Source of the DNA: the human T2T-CHM13v2.0 reference genome, Homo sapiens
Assembly (NCBI RefSeq): GCF_009914755.1
Contig: NC_060933.1
DNA: 64,000 nucleotides
Reading direction: 5' to 3' (one strand)
In this document: positions 1-13,851 of the stretch, piece after piece
How positions within the stretch are numbered: position 1 is the stretch's first letter
Layout of the letters: every line of letters starts with the position of its first letter
The notes under the pieces: model-generated
What the model was told of the DNA's origin: nothing
The model's input: the letters and a program-made list of their open reading frames with translations, nothing else
The model's database searches: none
Program-made: the position numbers and the translations under genes

Positions 1-243
1 CATTAGCAGGGATCATCAATTTTTTTTGGTGGTACCAGAGTGTGGGTATATGGGAGAAAGGAGGAGGCCACACCATTACCATCACATGATCAAGACTGCA
101 ATTTGTTTTTCCTGTGGTTAGGCAGAGCCATAAGATACGGTACTCAAATGTAAGGATATGGAAAAACACTTTGTGGTTATTAATTTCATCTCCTACCTAA
201 TACTGAATATTCCCACCCAACACTGTGGTTGATATTCTGTTTC

Positions 244-273
244 TTTATTTATTTATTTATTTATTTATTTTTT
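244..273. repeat. (TTTA)n microsatellite
   Basis: tttatttatttatttatttatttattt. Confidence 0.9.
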
Positions 274-279
274 TATCTC

Positions 280-1272
280 CTTAGCATCCTTTCCCTCTTC
301 ATTTTTAATAAAGACCTAGTTTTCCTTTGAGAAACTAAATGATACCCCTTCAACACCCTCAATCCATGTAGTCTAGATCTGGCTGGCCTGAGTCTCAGTT
401 CAGGAGTGGCCACCTAACCCAGAGTTGGCCAACTGGAGCATTGCAGTGAACTTTTTAGGGTTTGTATTAACAGCAGGAAGGATAATAACCCCCAAAGATG
501 TCCAAGTCTTTATACTCAGAACCTGTGAATATGATAGGTTACACGGTGAGGGAGAATTAAGGTTGCAGATGGAATTCAAGTTGCAAATCAGCTGATCTTA
601 TCATGAGAGATTATCCTGGATTATCAAGAAGGACCTAATGTAATCATAGGGTCCTAGTAAATAAAAGAGGGGCGCAGAAGAGAAGGTGGGAGTGTTGTGG
701 TGTGAGAAGAACTCGACCCCCTAGTATTGGCTTTGCAGATGGAGGAAGGGGGCCATGAGCCAAGGAATATGAGTGGCTTCCAGAAGCTGGAAAGGGCAGG
801 AAATCATATTCTCCCCTAAAGTCTCTAAAGGGATCACATTGTTGCTGACACCTTGGTTTTAACCCAGTGAAACCCATTTTAAATTTCTAAACTACAGAAC
901 TGTAAGATACTAAATCTGTGTTGTTTCAAGCCTCTAAATTTGTAAAACTTTACAGCAATAGAAAACTACTGCAGGCATGGACACATGAGCAAATTATAGT
1001 TCGCCCAGATACTTTGGCTAAAAATAAGAAGGACTCCTTTTTTTCTCTCTTTTTCCCTAATGATACTAAATATAAAGTAATCTTATGACCGGGAGAGATT
1101 TTGCCCAAAAATGAAACCTACCCAGAGGAAACCAGAGTGAAGTATAACTTTGTGTGAACATTTTTATCTAACTATTCCTGAAATTAAAAGTAGATATTTC
1201 AGTTTCTGGGAGAAATAAAGGCCTTATTTGTCCTTTAGCCAGTTTGAGTTGGATTTATATCACCTGCAAATT
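280..1272 (+). mobile_element. Old MaLR LTR (MLT1J/K/L-like) interrupted by MLT1D
   Basis: The motifs ggagtggccacctaacccagagttggccaa and the terminal aataaa...gccagtttgagttggattt..tcacctgcaa are typical of old MLT1 LTRs. Confidence 0.55.
468..972 (+). mobile_element. MLT1D-like MaLR solo LTR
   Basis: cccccaaagatgtcc...gaacctgtgaatatg...gagattatcctggattatc...gccaaggaat...cagaactgtaaga...cagcaatagaaaact. Confidence 0.85.
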
Positions 1273-1489
1273 CTTTAAAAAAATCCTACCACTGGCATGG
1301 TGGAATAAATACCATTTCTTGAAATATCTTATTCCAATGCTGGATACTTTTGCTATTATTTCTTTTAAAAATAGAACTGGAATTGGCTATCGTATAGCTT
1401 CAGTCATTGATTCTTACGTCCTGAGGCCACACAGGACAATTTTAACTCCTATTTCACCTTGGGAGATACTCGGGATTTGAAGTAGTGAT

Positions 1490-2140
1490 CCTCATCAAGA
1501 TCCTCAAATCTTCACTTCTCCAGGTTAAATCCTCTCAGTTTTTTCCAGAATTGTGGTAATATGGTTTTGAACCTTTTCACTACCCTGTGGTTAATCTTCC
1601 CTGGACACACTTGATGTTCACAACGTTTTTCTTAAAGATAACACTACAACTGAGCACAGTATTCAATGTAGTGACTATTCAAATCAGAACATCCTGTCCT
1701 CGGTGGGACACGTTTATTGATGAAATCTAAATTGAGGCTAGGCACAGTGGCTCATGCCTGGAATCCCAGCACATTGGGAGGCTGAGACAGGTGGATCACT
1801 TCAGCCCTGGAGTTCGAGACCAGCCTGGGCAACGCAGCGAAATCCCATCTCTACCAAAGATACAAAAATTAGCCAGGCTTATGACCTGGTCTCAAAATAA
1901 ATAAATAAATATTTAACAATAAAATTAAAAAAAGAAATCTAAATTGAAAAAAATACAGTTTATTTATGGTATCCACATAATACTGTTACTTCACTTAGTT
2001 TCTTGTCCAGTAAAATCTACAATTTTTTTTTCTAGGTGATACTGAGTTATTTCTCTGGTCCAATCTCTACATTTACCCCATTCGTAAAAATTATGTCTTG
2101 ATGTACATAGAGATCTTTAGAGTTACATCTACTGAATTTC
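1490..2140 (-). mobile_element. L3/CR1 LINE fragment (split by an Alu)
   Basis: cttctccaggttaaatcctctcagt...ctggacacac...cttaaag...aactgagcacagtattc resembles the reverse complement of the L3 3' region. Confidence 0.55.
1736..1933 (+). mobile_element. Alu (J-like) lacking most of the right arm
   Basis: The left monomer and A5TACA linker are followed by attagccaggc, which jumps to gacctggtctcaaaa and the A-rich tail. Perfect 14-bp TSD gaaatctaaattga (1722-1735 / 1934-1947). Confidence 0.9.
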
Positions 2141-2149
2141 ATTGCAAAG

Positions 2150-2385
2150 AGAAGTGGATAGTGAGTAAAATACAGGATTTGTATTCAGACAAGTCTGGAT
2201 TCAAATTCTGGCTCTACCACTCATGGCTGCCTGATGTTGGGCAACTGCATAATTTCTCCAAATATTAGCTTCCTCGTGATAAATTACTGTGCCTTCCTCA
2301 TACCACTGTTATAGAAATAAATAACATAATGCATGGAAAATGCTTGGTGTAGTGCCTGGCATGTACTAAGCTACCGAATATAGCA
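2150..2385 (+). mobile_element. MIR SINE
   Basis: ctggattcaaattctggctctaccact...gggcaac...tagtgcctggcatgt. Confidence 0.75.
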
Positions 2386-2949
2386 CCGGTTTTATATTCA
2401 ATCAGAAAAATAAATAGGTCAGAGCTTTCAATCTTACTTCCGAATATACAAGAGGAAAAGTTAGGGTGAGAGAGGAATAACAAAAGAGAAGGAGGGAGAA
2501 AATAAAAACACAACTGGTCTTCCCCATATTCTCGGCTTACATCCAAAGTCAAACACAGCTAGTCTTAGAAAACAAGATATCCAAACTTACTTAATACTGG
2601 AAGTGTTAGGCTTAACGTTTTTGTTTGCTTGTTTGCTTTTGAAAATGGGACCTGGTAGGTGGGAAGTAAAAACGTTCCCTTAGAACAAATTAGATAAATA
2701 CAAAGAAATCACACACGTAGTGGAGGAATGAAGATGTTTGTAAGTTGATATTTCGGAACCAAACTTCAGGAAGGACCTTGGCAACATCTAAGCTGAGATG
2801 TTTTCCTCCTATAAGTAAGAAATGTAGGCTCAGAGAATGAAAGCTTTTTTCTCTGTTTCAACTAGAAAATCTCACAGCTAGAAGAAGTCAAGGTCATTTT
2901 TCCCCTTCTGAGCCCAAAATCCCTGGTCAAAGGGGCCATAGAAGAAGTC

Positions 2950-3429
2950 TATTTAAGTTTGTCTTTCTCCAGAAGCAGTTCAGAAGATAGGAATTTGACT
3001 GTAAGTGGCTTACTTGGAAAGTGATTTCAGAAATAACTATTAGAGGAGTTAGGAAACAAGGCAGGGAAGAAAAAGAAGGCCATAAAGAATAGTTTATAAA
3101 GCCAGATGCCACTGTGGGCAACAGAAGGTGCATTGTGCTGGGGCATTCTGAGAACAACAGAAATGCCTCGGAGATAGCCCACTGGAGTGGCAAGGGAGGT
3201 GAGGCATCTGTTAACCAACTCCCAACAATCAGCAGTTAAGGACTGTGCTTGAAGGTCCAGTGATTCCCGGCACTGCAGCCTTCCCCAGGCATGGGCAGAG
3301 GGGTACCGAGCTGCCAAAGAACCTCTAGCCAAAGAGTCACATGTGCTGGCAACTGAAAGTCAAGCCAGCATTCATGGAGAGGGTCAGTGTTGAGGGCATG
3401 TGGGCTGGACACCAAGAGTGTCTGCTATA
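2950..3429 (-). mobile_element. ERVL LTR (LTR33-like)
   Basis: ccagaagcag...ggaatttgactgtaagtggcttacttggaaagtgattt...gggctggacacc..gtgtctgcta matches the LTR33/LTR16 family in reverse. Confidence 0.65.
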
Positions 3430-4559
3430 AAATCCAAGTGGAAATGAGACAGAATCTCCAATCCGGCCTAAATCTGCCAACCAGCAATCAACAAACTCAC
3501 CAACCAATTAAGAAATAATTACAGCTACTAGCTGTGCTGATATTCTAATATGTTAAAGATACAGAAAGAACATTCAAGTGCTTTATCACTCCACTGATGC
3601 AAGTAGTCACATCACTACACAATGGTTCCTCAGAATCAGAAAAAATTGAAAGCAAAATGGTAAAAAAAAAAAAAATCTCCTAATATTTTAGTGGATAAGA
3701 GGTGGGATTATCGAATACCCTTAGGCCATAAAGAATAGTTTATAAAGCCAGATGCCATGTTAACTCTTGAATGCTAATTCCTTTCTGGAATATTTCCTAT
3801 AAAACTTAATCCTTCAGGAACCATCTAAAAGGCCATCTCTTCCATAAGATTTGCTCTAGTGGTAAAATGAGCTAATCAGCTAGGCTTAACTCCCTGTGAC
3901 CTACCCAGATCCCTAGGTTGTGCCAGACAGATGCAGTTTATACACATTCCTGCACTTCCTCATCCTTGAGCTTCAAATCAGACAGGTTTTATAATTAAGA
4001 TATTGTAGAACCTCACTAAGGATTCAAGCTGCTCTAAATGACTGCCCAAAGCTAAGGGCACAGCCAAGGGAAACATCTATAACTCCCTCCCTCCCTAAAT
4101 GCCATGGGATCCAGTAATAAGCACGCCTACAAAGCAAAAAGGAAGCACACATGCAACAGAAACTCACAAACACACACACACAAAAACATACAAACAATCT
4201 GGTTACAAAATATATCTTCACCAGCTTCTACAACTAGTTGTATTTTAAGATGAAATATGAAAAAAAAATTGGCAAGTTAGGTGTTACTGCTCCATGCTGA
4301 CCTTTTCCTAGTAGAGTTAAAAGAGCCACCATCAACATTAGAATGCGAAGGTTACTGACAGTGCCATGGAGATGCCAACTTGAAAGTCCCCATCTCAGAA
4401 AAAGACCAGCAAGGCTGCTGAGCATGGTACGTCCCTTTTCTCCTAGATAACTACACTGACCCATGTCTACCACCTGCAAAAAAATAAGTTGCCTTTAATA
4501 AGTGTGCATTTTTTCTCTTTCCTTTCATATTTTTTGTAATTATTATTTTCGTTTTGCTT

Positions 4560-5480
4560 TAAAAATCACTTTTCTCCACTAGGGTAATAAATCACTGAAG
4601 ACAAGATCAACTGATGAATAATAAAATTAGTGGGTATAAACTTTTTAGAGAAACAAGATATTTGTAGAGCCTCAAATTATCTCCCCCAAATGCTTGTTAA
4701 TTGCTTTAGTGGTCTCAACAAATGTTCACAAATTATTTGAAGCTTTCCTTCTAGGAGGTGGATCTTAATCCCCCTCTTCTTGAGCGTATGCTGGATTTAG
4801 TAATTTGTTTCTAAATAATAGAGTGTGGAAAGAGAGAAACAGTAACTTGAGAGTGGAGAAACCTGGCAGCCACCACCTTGTACAAGTCATCAAGTACATA
4901 ATTAGTCGGTTGATACCATGTACCAGGATGGAATGAGAAGAGCACTTCATCTTTGTGGCATTCTTTGTCCAAATCTGGAGACCCTAAACTAATTCCAAAA
5001 ATAAAAATAAAAATCAGACAAACCCATATGGAGGGACATCCTACAAAATACCTGACCAGTGATCTTCAAAGGTGTCATGATATTAAACAAAGAAAGGCTG
5101 AGGAGGAGGAGACCATGGAGACATGAGAGCTAAATATGGTATCCTGGATTGGATCCTAGTACAGTAAAAGGGCATCAGTGGAGAAACTGGGGAAATAATA
5201 GCAAGGTCTTTAGTTAATAGTGTTGCACCCTGGGATCACTTGGTTTAATCTCATCACATTAGAGACAGGGGAAAGCTCAGAAAGAAGAGACTTGACCACA
5301 GACACTCAGCAGTTCATTTCTTGTTAATATCTCAGTACATACACATATACTATGTTTATGAAAGATATTAACACTAGGGGAGGCTAGGTAAAGAGTATTT
5401 GGGAATTCTCTGTGCCATCTTTGCAAAGTTTCTGCAAATCTAAAATTATTTCCAAGTAAAAAATCTTAAAAAATGCAAAA
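4560..5480 (+). mobile_element. L1MC-type LINE-1 3' end
   Basis: gtggagaaacctggcagccaccacctt...ctacaaaatacctgaccagt...ggtatcctggattggatcct...gggaattctctgt...tctaaaattatttccaa followed by an A-rich tail. Confidence 0.8.
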
Positions 5481-6554
5481 ACAAATAAACATCAACAAAA
5501 AAATTCCTCCTCCCAATGGTGTGGTTACAAGCCTTGGAATGGGGCACCTAAGAGCTGGCTCCTGACTTCAGCTCACTCTCTGACTTTGTTGATACCTTTG
5601 CCTCTCAGGGCGCAGTTTCTCCAACAGTTTCATGATGTTTCATGATGAGGGGAGGAGCGGGGAGTGATTTAGTAGTTTTCAAGCCATGTTCCCCAGGGCA
5701 CAGCTTTGATGGTATGTGGGGTGAACTGAGAAACTGAAGTCCTGCTCCTCCAACTCCTCCGAACCTCCAGCCAGAGCAGACCCACTTTGTTGTTACATAT
5801 CAGGTGTCTATGTGGACATAAACAATGCCAATCATTGCATTTCATTTGATGAATGTGTTTCATTTGATAAATAGTTTCTGCTGTAAAATGTTAAAAAGCA
5901 CTGGAATAGATTATAAATGTGGTTCCCTTCTAAACTTACTTTCATTACCACCCTGCCAAGTCTTTCCTGAATTAACTGAGAATGACTTAAACACACTGTT
6001 ATTTTCCTCTTTCCCTCTCTTGTCCATTAGCTTTCTGTGGGTAAAAGCCATGTATGTCCACCTGCGTTCATCAGTCCCCAGCCCTTGTCATGAAACAGTG
6101 GTCGATATCAGGTGAATTAATGTTGGATGGAATTCCTGGAGTCAAATAACCTCTTGGAAAATAAGAGGGTATGGGATAAATCCCTGACCCCAGGGACTTA
6201 CCAGCATCATCTTCTGGGAAAAAGATCTTAACTAAGAGGGAGCAGTTGTAAATTATTGACTGAAGTTCAAATCCAAGGCCTGAACCAACGTTTTCTTCCT
6301 CCAGGAGGCTTTCCTTAATCACTCTGGCTAGAAGTATACTTTTTCTCCTCTGTGTTCCCACCGTCTAAGGTCTGTGCTTCTGATACAGTGCCATCTTGTA
6401 TTCCCTGAATACATGACTCAGGACCCTGACCCAAAAGTATGAAAACCTTCATCTGGGAATAAAGATTAAGTGCTTAACACAAGACCTTGTGCATATAAGA
6501 TGTTCCAGAAGGTTGAAGAAGCAAATGAACAAGCTCCAGGTCCCTTGTTTCAAG

Positions 6555-6925
6555 CGGGTCAAAACAAAGCTCTGACAGATCGGGGTTTGAAATCTAACTC
6601 TGCCAGTTCCTACAATGTGACATTAGACAAGCTGTAATGTCTCTGGGGCCCCAGTCTCAAGTCTGTCACTCTAGTTAATACTGCTAATAAACTCTGTTGA
6701 CCAAATCACAATTCCAGGGGTCTAACAAAAAACTTGACACATGCTGAGCGGGTTGTTCAAGAAATATTAGTTGAATAACTAAATTGTGACCTTTCAGCTT
6801 CCTTACCCGTAAAATAGCAATACGAATACCTACTTCGCATGGCTGTGGTGAATTAAGTAGCAGAGCATAAGACAAGCAATCAGCACAATGCCTAGTGCAT
6901 GACAATGGCTCAATAAATGTTTGTT
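6555..6925 (+). mobile_element. MIR (interrupted)
   Basis: gggtttgaaatctaactctgcca...ccgtaaaatagcaata...cctacttcgcatggctgtggtga...cagcacaatgcctag. Confidence 0.6.
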
Positions 6926-8004
6926 TTTCTTCTAGTCTTTTCCCATCAGGTATTCTCGCCAGTGAGGGGACTAACTTAAGTACTTCTCCCAGCCATGTGT
7001 TTCATTATGGAGGCCAAATTAAGAATCCAAGGTGCTTACATTTCAGCAAAAGACGCTAGACCACGGAGTGTGGCATGGGGTGTAATGTATTCACAGTAGC
7101 TATGCTAAGAAAACATCTAGGCCCCCAGTTGAGAGACTATGGCAGCATCATTAGCATAACAGGTGCCTTTGCTAGAAGAATGACACTTTAAAGACAAATT
7201 TCCCCCAATGCATTTCCCCAAACGCAAGAGTGCATATTTAATTACACTTAATGCCATCTTCTCCTCTATTTCTGCGCTTGAAGGGGACACATCACCCCAC
7301 AAAATTGGGGAGGTTTTTTATAGAAATGGCTAGGATCCAGAACTGCTTCTTAGCTCCAGGGCCCAAAGGAAAAATGTCAACAATGGTGCTTCGGGGAAGG
7401 AAACATGGGCCTTATTTGTTTGCTTGAAGAACATCCAGCTGAGACAGAAAATGATGGAAAGAGCAGAACACACTGGGACCTACGAGAGCTGAGGTTCAGC
7501 GTGGGCAAGGCCCCGTGCGAATCATCATCACAGATTATTTTTAATGCTCACAGCAAACAAAATGGTGTAAGTCTAGCCATCATTCTAATTTGCATACAAG
7601 GAAACTGAGGTTTAGCAGATATGAATAGTTTTTCCAAGGTTGCATAGCTAGTGATTGAGGCACTTAAAGTTGAACCAAGGCCCATGATTTTTTTCCTCTT
7701 TATCTACTGTCCCAATGGTTTCACTTTTGGGGCACATACTCTGCAAGAGGCACTGTGCCACAAATTTCATATACATCTTATCTCACTGAATCCACATGCC
7801 CATTGGATAGTATTTTTCCTATTTTACAGAAAAGAAAGCCGTGGCTCAAAAAGTGAATTAATTTGCCCTAAATCACAAGTAGAGGTAATAGGAAATTTGG
7901 GATTTAAACCCAAATTTGTCCACCTTTTATCCTCAGTGTCACATTACTAGCTGTGCGAGTTTGAAGGAGTAAATTTTCATCTCTGGGTATTAGTTTTTCT
8001 TGTT

Positions 8005-8303
8005 TAAAAAAATACTTTTTATGGTGGTAAGAAAACTTAACATGAGATCATGAGATATACTCTCTTTACAAATGTTTAAATGTACAACACATAATAGTTT
8101 GCTATAGGTGTAATGTGGTGCAGCAGATCCCTATAACTTATTCATCTTGCTTGGCTGAAACTTTATACCTGTTGGGTAATAGCTGCTCATTTCTCCCTCC
8201 CTCTAGTCTCTGGAAATCACCACTCCACTGGTTGATGTTATGAATTTAACTACTTGAGGTATCTCATATAAGTGGAATCATAAAGTATTTGTTTTTTTGT
8301 GAC
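8005..8303 (-). mobile_element. L1MA9/10-like 3' end fragment
   Basis: acttaacatgagatc...gcagcagatc...aacttattcatcttgc...ctcatataagtggaatcat. Confidence 0.8.
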
Positions 8304-8935
8304 AATGAGGGTCACAGAGACATTAAATGGCCCTTGTGCCTCTAACATGCCACAGTTTCATGAGTTTCTTTGTCATTAACTTTTCCCTATTTGCTACCAC
8401 AGGGCATTCCTAACCTTTCAATTATCCCCAAGGGATACCCCTGTACCTGGCATAAGGATGTTTGGTCTCACCATTGAGTGGCTCTGTGATCTTGGACATG
8501 ATAAACTTTTCTAAACTTCAATCTTCCCATCTATAAAACAGAGCTAATACTAATGACAAAAGCTACAATATTAATACCTAATTGTTTTCAGGATAAAATG
8601 CAATAGTAAATGTGTGGATATTTTCTTGAATCTGCCAAAGCACTGTACAAATATTACCTAGCATTATTATAACTATTATCACTTAAGTGGAATGCATTCT
8701 TTTAAAAGTGATTAACTTTTGTCAACATAGAGTTGATTCGTGAAAGTATAAATGGTCCTCATTGACCCATACATGAAAATCCTTGTTTTCTAAGATCTTC
8801 TCTTCAAAGCTTCTCACTCAGCTTTGAACAGATACTTTCAAATGGACACTCACGGCATTTTATCAGGAAGATGAGAAAATGTTATTTTAGCATAGCGGCT
8901 ACTAGCACAGACCTGGGATTCCCACATCCTGGACT

Positions 8936-11211
8936 TGTATCAGTCCATTTTTATGCTGCTGATAAAGACACACCAGAGACTGGGAAGAAAAGGAGGTTTA
9001 ATTTGACTTACAGTTCCACATGGCTGGGGACACCTCATAATCATGATGGAGGGTGAAAGGCTCTTCTTACGTGGTGGCAGCAAGAGAAAATGAGGAAGAA
9101 GAAAAAGCAGAAACCCCAATAAACCCACCAGATCTCATGAGACTTATTCACTGTCATGAGAATACCATGGGAAAGACCAGCACCTATGATTCGATTACCT
9201 CCCCTTGGGTGCTCCCACAACATGTGGGAATTCTGGGAGATACAATTCAAGTTGAGATTTGGGTGGGAACAAAGCCAAACCATATCATTCCGCCCCTGAC
9301 CCCTCCAAATCTCATGTCCTTACATTTCAAATCCAATCATGCCTTCCACAGTCCCTCAAAGTCTTAAATCATTTCAGCGTTAACTCAAAGTCCACAGTCC
9401 AAAGTCTCATCTGAAACAAGGTAAATCCCTTCCACCTATGAGCCTGTAAAATCAAAAGCAAGGTAGTTACTTCCTAGACACAATGGGGTACAGATATCGG
9501 GTAAACACGGCTGTTCCAAATGGGAGAGATTGGCCAAAACAAAGAAGTTACAGGGCCTATGCAAGTCTGAAATCCAGCAGGGCAGTCAAATTTTAAAGCT
9601 CCAAAATGATCTCTTTTGACTCCAGATCTCAAATCCAGGTCACGCTGATGCAAGAGGTAGGTTCCCAACGTCTTGGGCAGCTCCACCCCTGTGGCTTTGC
9701 AGGGTATATCCTCCCTCCCAGCTGCTTTAATGGGCTGCCATTGAGTGTCTGCAGCTTTTCCAGGTGCACTGCACAAGCTGTTGATGGATCTTCCATTCTG
9801 GGGTCTGAAGGATGGTGGCCCTCTTCTCACAGCTATACTAGGCAGTACCCAAGTAGGGATGCTCTGTGGGGGCTCCAACCCCACGTTTCTCTTCCACACT
9901 CCCATAGCAGAGGTTCTCCATGAGGGCCCTGCCCCTGCAGCAAACTTTTGCCTGGGCTTCAAGGCGTTTCCACACGTCTTCTGAAATCTAGGCAGAGGTT
10001 CCCAAACCTCAATTCTTGCCTTCTGTGCACCTGCAGGCTAAACACCATGTGGAAGCTGCCAAGCCTTGGGGCTTCAACCCTCTAAAGCCACAGGCTGAGC
10101 TGTACATTGGCCCCTTTCAGCCACGCTGGAGAGGCTGGGACACAGGCACCAAGTCCCTAGGCTGCACACAGCACAAGGACCCTGGGCCCAGCCCACAAAC
10201 CACTGTTTCCTCCTGGGCCTCTGGGCCTGTGATAGGAGGGGCTGCTGTGAAGGTCTCTGGCATGTCCTGGAGATGTTTTCCCCATGGTCTTGGGGATTAA
10301 CACTAGGCTCTTTGCTACTTATGTGAATTTCTGCAGCCAGCTTGAATTTCTCTTCAAAAAAATGGGTTTTTCTTTTCCACTGCATCATCAGGCTGCAAAT
10401 TTTCTGAACTGTTATGCTGTTTCCCTTTTAAAGTGGAATGCTTTTAACAGCACCCAAGTCGCCACTTGAATGCTTTGCTGCTTAGAAATTTCTTCTACCA
10501 GATACCCTAAATCATCTCTCTCAAGTCAAAGTTCCACAAATCTCTAGGGCAAGGGCAAAATGCTGCCAGTCTCTTCACTAAAACATAACAAGAGTCACCT
10601 TTGCACCAGTTCCCAACAAGTTCCTCATCACCATCTGAGACCACCTCGGCCTGGACCTTATTGTTCATATCACTATCAGCAGTTTTGTCAAAGCCATTCA
10701 ACAAATCTCTAGGAAGTTCCAAACTTTCCCACATTTTACTGTCTTCTTCTCAGCCCTCCAACTGTTCCAATCTCTGCCTGTTACCCAGTTCCAAAGTCGC
10801 TTCCACATTTTCAGTTATCTTTTCAGCAACTCCTCACTCTACTGGTACCAATTTACTGTATTTTTAGTCCTTTTTCACATCGCTGATAAAGACATACCTG
10901 AGGCTGGGAAGAAAAGGAGGTTTAATTTGACTTACAGTTCCACATGGCTGGGGATGTCTCTTAATCATGGTGGAGGGCAAAAGGCACTTCTTACATGGCA
11001 GTGGCAAGAGAAAATGAGGAAGAAGCAAAAGTAGAAACCCAATAAATCCACCAGATCTTGTGAGACTTATTCACTATCATGAGAATAGCATGAGAAAGAT
11101 CAACCCCCATGATTCAATTACCTCCCCTTGGGTCCTTCCCACAACACATGGGAATTCTGGAAGATACAATTCAAGTTGAGATTTGGGTAGGAACACAGCC
11201 AAACCATATCA
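8936..11211 (-). mobile_element. Full-length THE1C MaLR element: 3' LTR 8936-9287, internal region 9288-10856, 5' LTR 10857-11211
   Basis: Two similar ~350-bp LTRs end in ...ccaaaccatatca (the reverse complement of the THE1 start TGATATGGTTTGG) and carry THE1C-like gagactgggaagaaaaggaggtttaa. They flank a ~1.57-kb THE1-int. The 5-bp TSD is ggact/gggct. Confidence 0.93.
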
Positions 11212-11917
11212 GGGCTCTAGTCTGAGCTCCATCCATTCTAGTAGAAGAGTTTTCCCTCCTGAACCTCAGTTTTCTCACAGGTAAAGGTTAGTTAACAACA
11301 GCCTTCTCAATGGAGTGCTGTAGAGATTAGATAAGGGAAGAGTGTGTGAAGTGTTTAGTGCTATTCTTGGGACATAAAAAAGACTCAGGATATGGTATTA
11401 TTAATAACAAAGTTTTACTGATGCACAAACAGCAGCAGCCAAAAAGACGGGGCCATGCACATGAGCACACAGAAGCAGAACAGGATGGCTCAGGTGTCCA
11501 TTTTCATTGCCCATTCCTCCATGCCACCTGCTCTAATATATACCCTTTCACATGGTGTTAAAGGATGAAAAACGCATTTGCTTAAAATCCATCTGCTTTT
11601 TATAACTTCCAGAGACCAAAATCTGCACAAGCAGCAGTTCTTTGTGGCTCCTAATTAATTCCTAAACAAAGACTGCTCTGGCAGCAGCCCAGTTTATCAA
11701 ACCAATTGACCTCCTGGTGCAGAAATGATGACACAGATGTTGTTGCTATGTCACAACCTCATTTTTCACTTTGCATCACTTGGTCAGGCCAGACATATCT
11801 TCACCTTCTGAGGAGTAGAAGATAGTCCCCTGGGTGACTCTGAGACCCTAATTGTTATCTCCCATGGTTATGGGCCTTTCTCCACTCAGGCGCCTCCCAA
11901 CAAAAGTCTGGAGTGGA

Positions 11918-12236
<319 letters not shown>

Positions 12237-12959
12237 TCACCTGTCTTTGGTTAATCTGAGGGCTTCCCAAGCTAAGGAATCTCTAATCTGTAGGGTTCTT
12301 GGGAGGCTACCAGTAATAATAATCACAGTGGCCATGAACCCAGTGTCTATTATGTGCCAGGCACTCTCCTGTGCATTGTGCCTGCTTTATCTCATTTCAT
12401 TCCACACAATCTTTGAAGATATGAGTTAGCATCTTAAATTCAAAGTCAAGAAAACAGAATATTGGAGATATGAAGAAAGGCTTCACAACACTGGAGGTGC
12501 CATGGCACTTCGTATAGGTGAGTTACCAAGAACTTCTTTCAAGTTATCTCATCAAGGCCTCACTCCATCACTGTAAGGTTCTGACAGGTTAGACAACTAT
12601 TTCCAGGTCATACAAGTAGTAGGCCAAGAAATGGTCTTCAAAAGGGGTGGGCCTTTCCTCTGAGTTAGTTGTTCTTCCAATTGGATTAGGAACTCACTCT
12701 TATAACCCCAGATAACCTTATTACCTCCTTAAAGGCCATATCTCCTAATACAGTCACGTTAGGGGTTGAGCTTCTTAATCAATATGCTAATGAAGACAGC
12801 ATGGGCTCAAGGCTGAATCTAGGTTTTGGGTGGTTGTGTGACCTTGAGCAATCTCAGGCTTTTCATCCAGAAAATGAGTATATTCTTACACATTTCATCT
12901 GTGAATAATCATTAACCACCAAAGTTCTTGCCATTGTATATCAAAGACTGCCTTTCCTC

Positions 12960-13851
<892 letters not shown>

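Noticed and set aside
9474-10867. Overlapping 75-162 aa ORFs
   Set aside because: All lie within the THE1C internal region and are decayed MaLR sequence, not genes.
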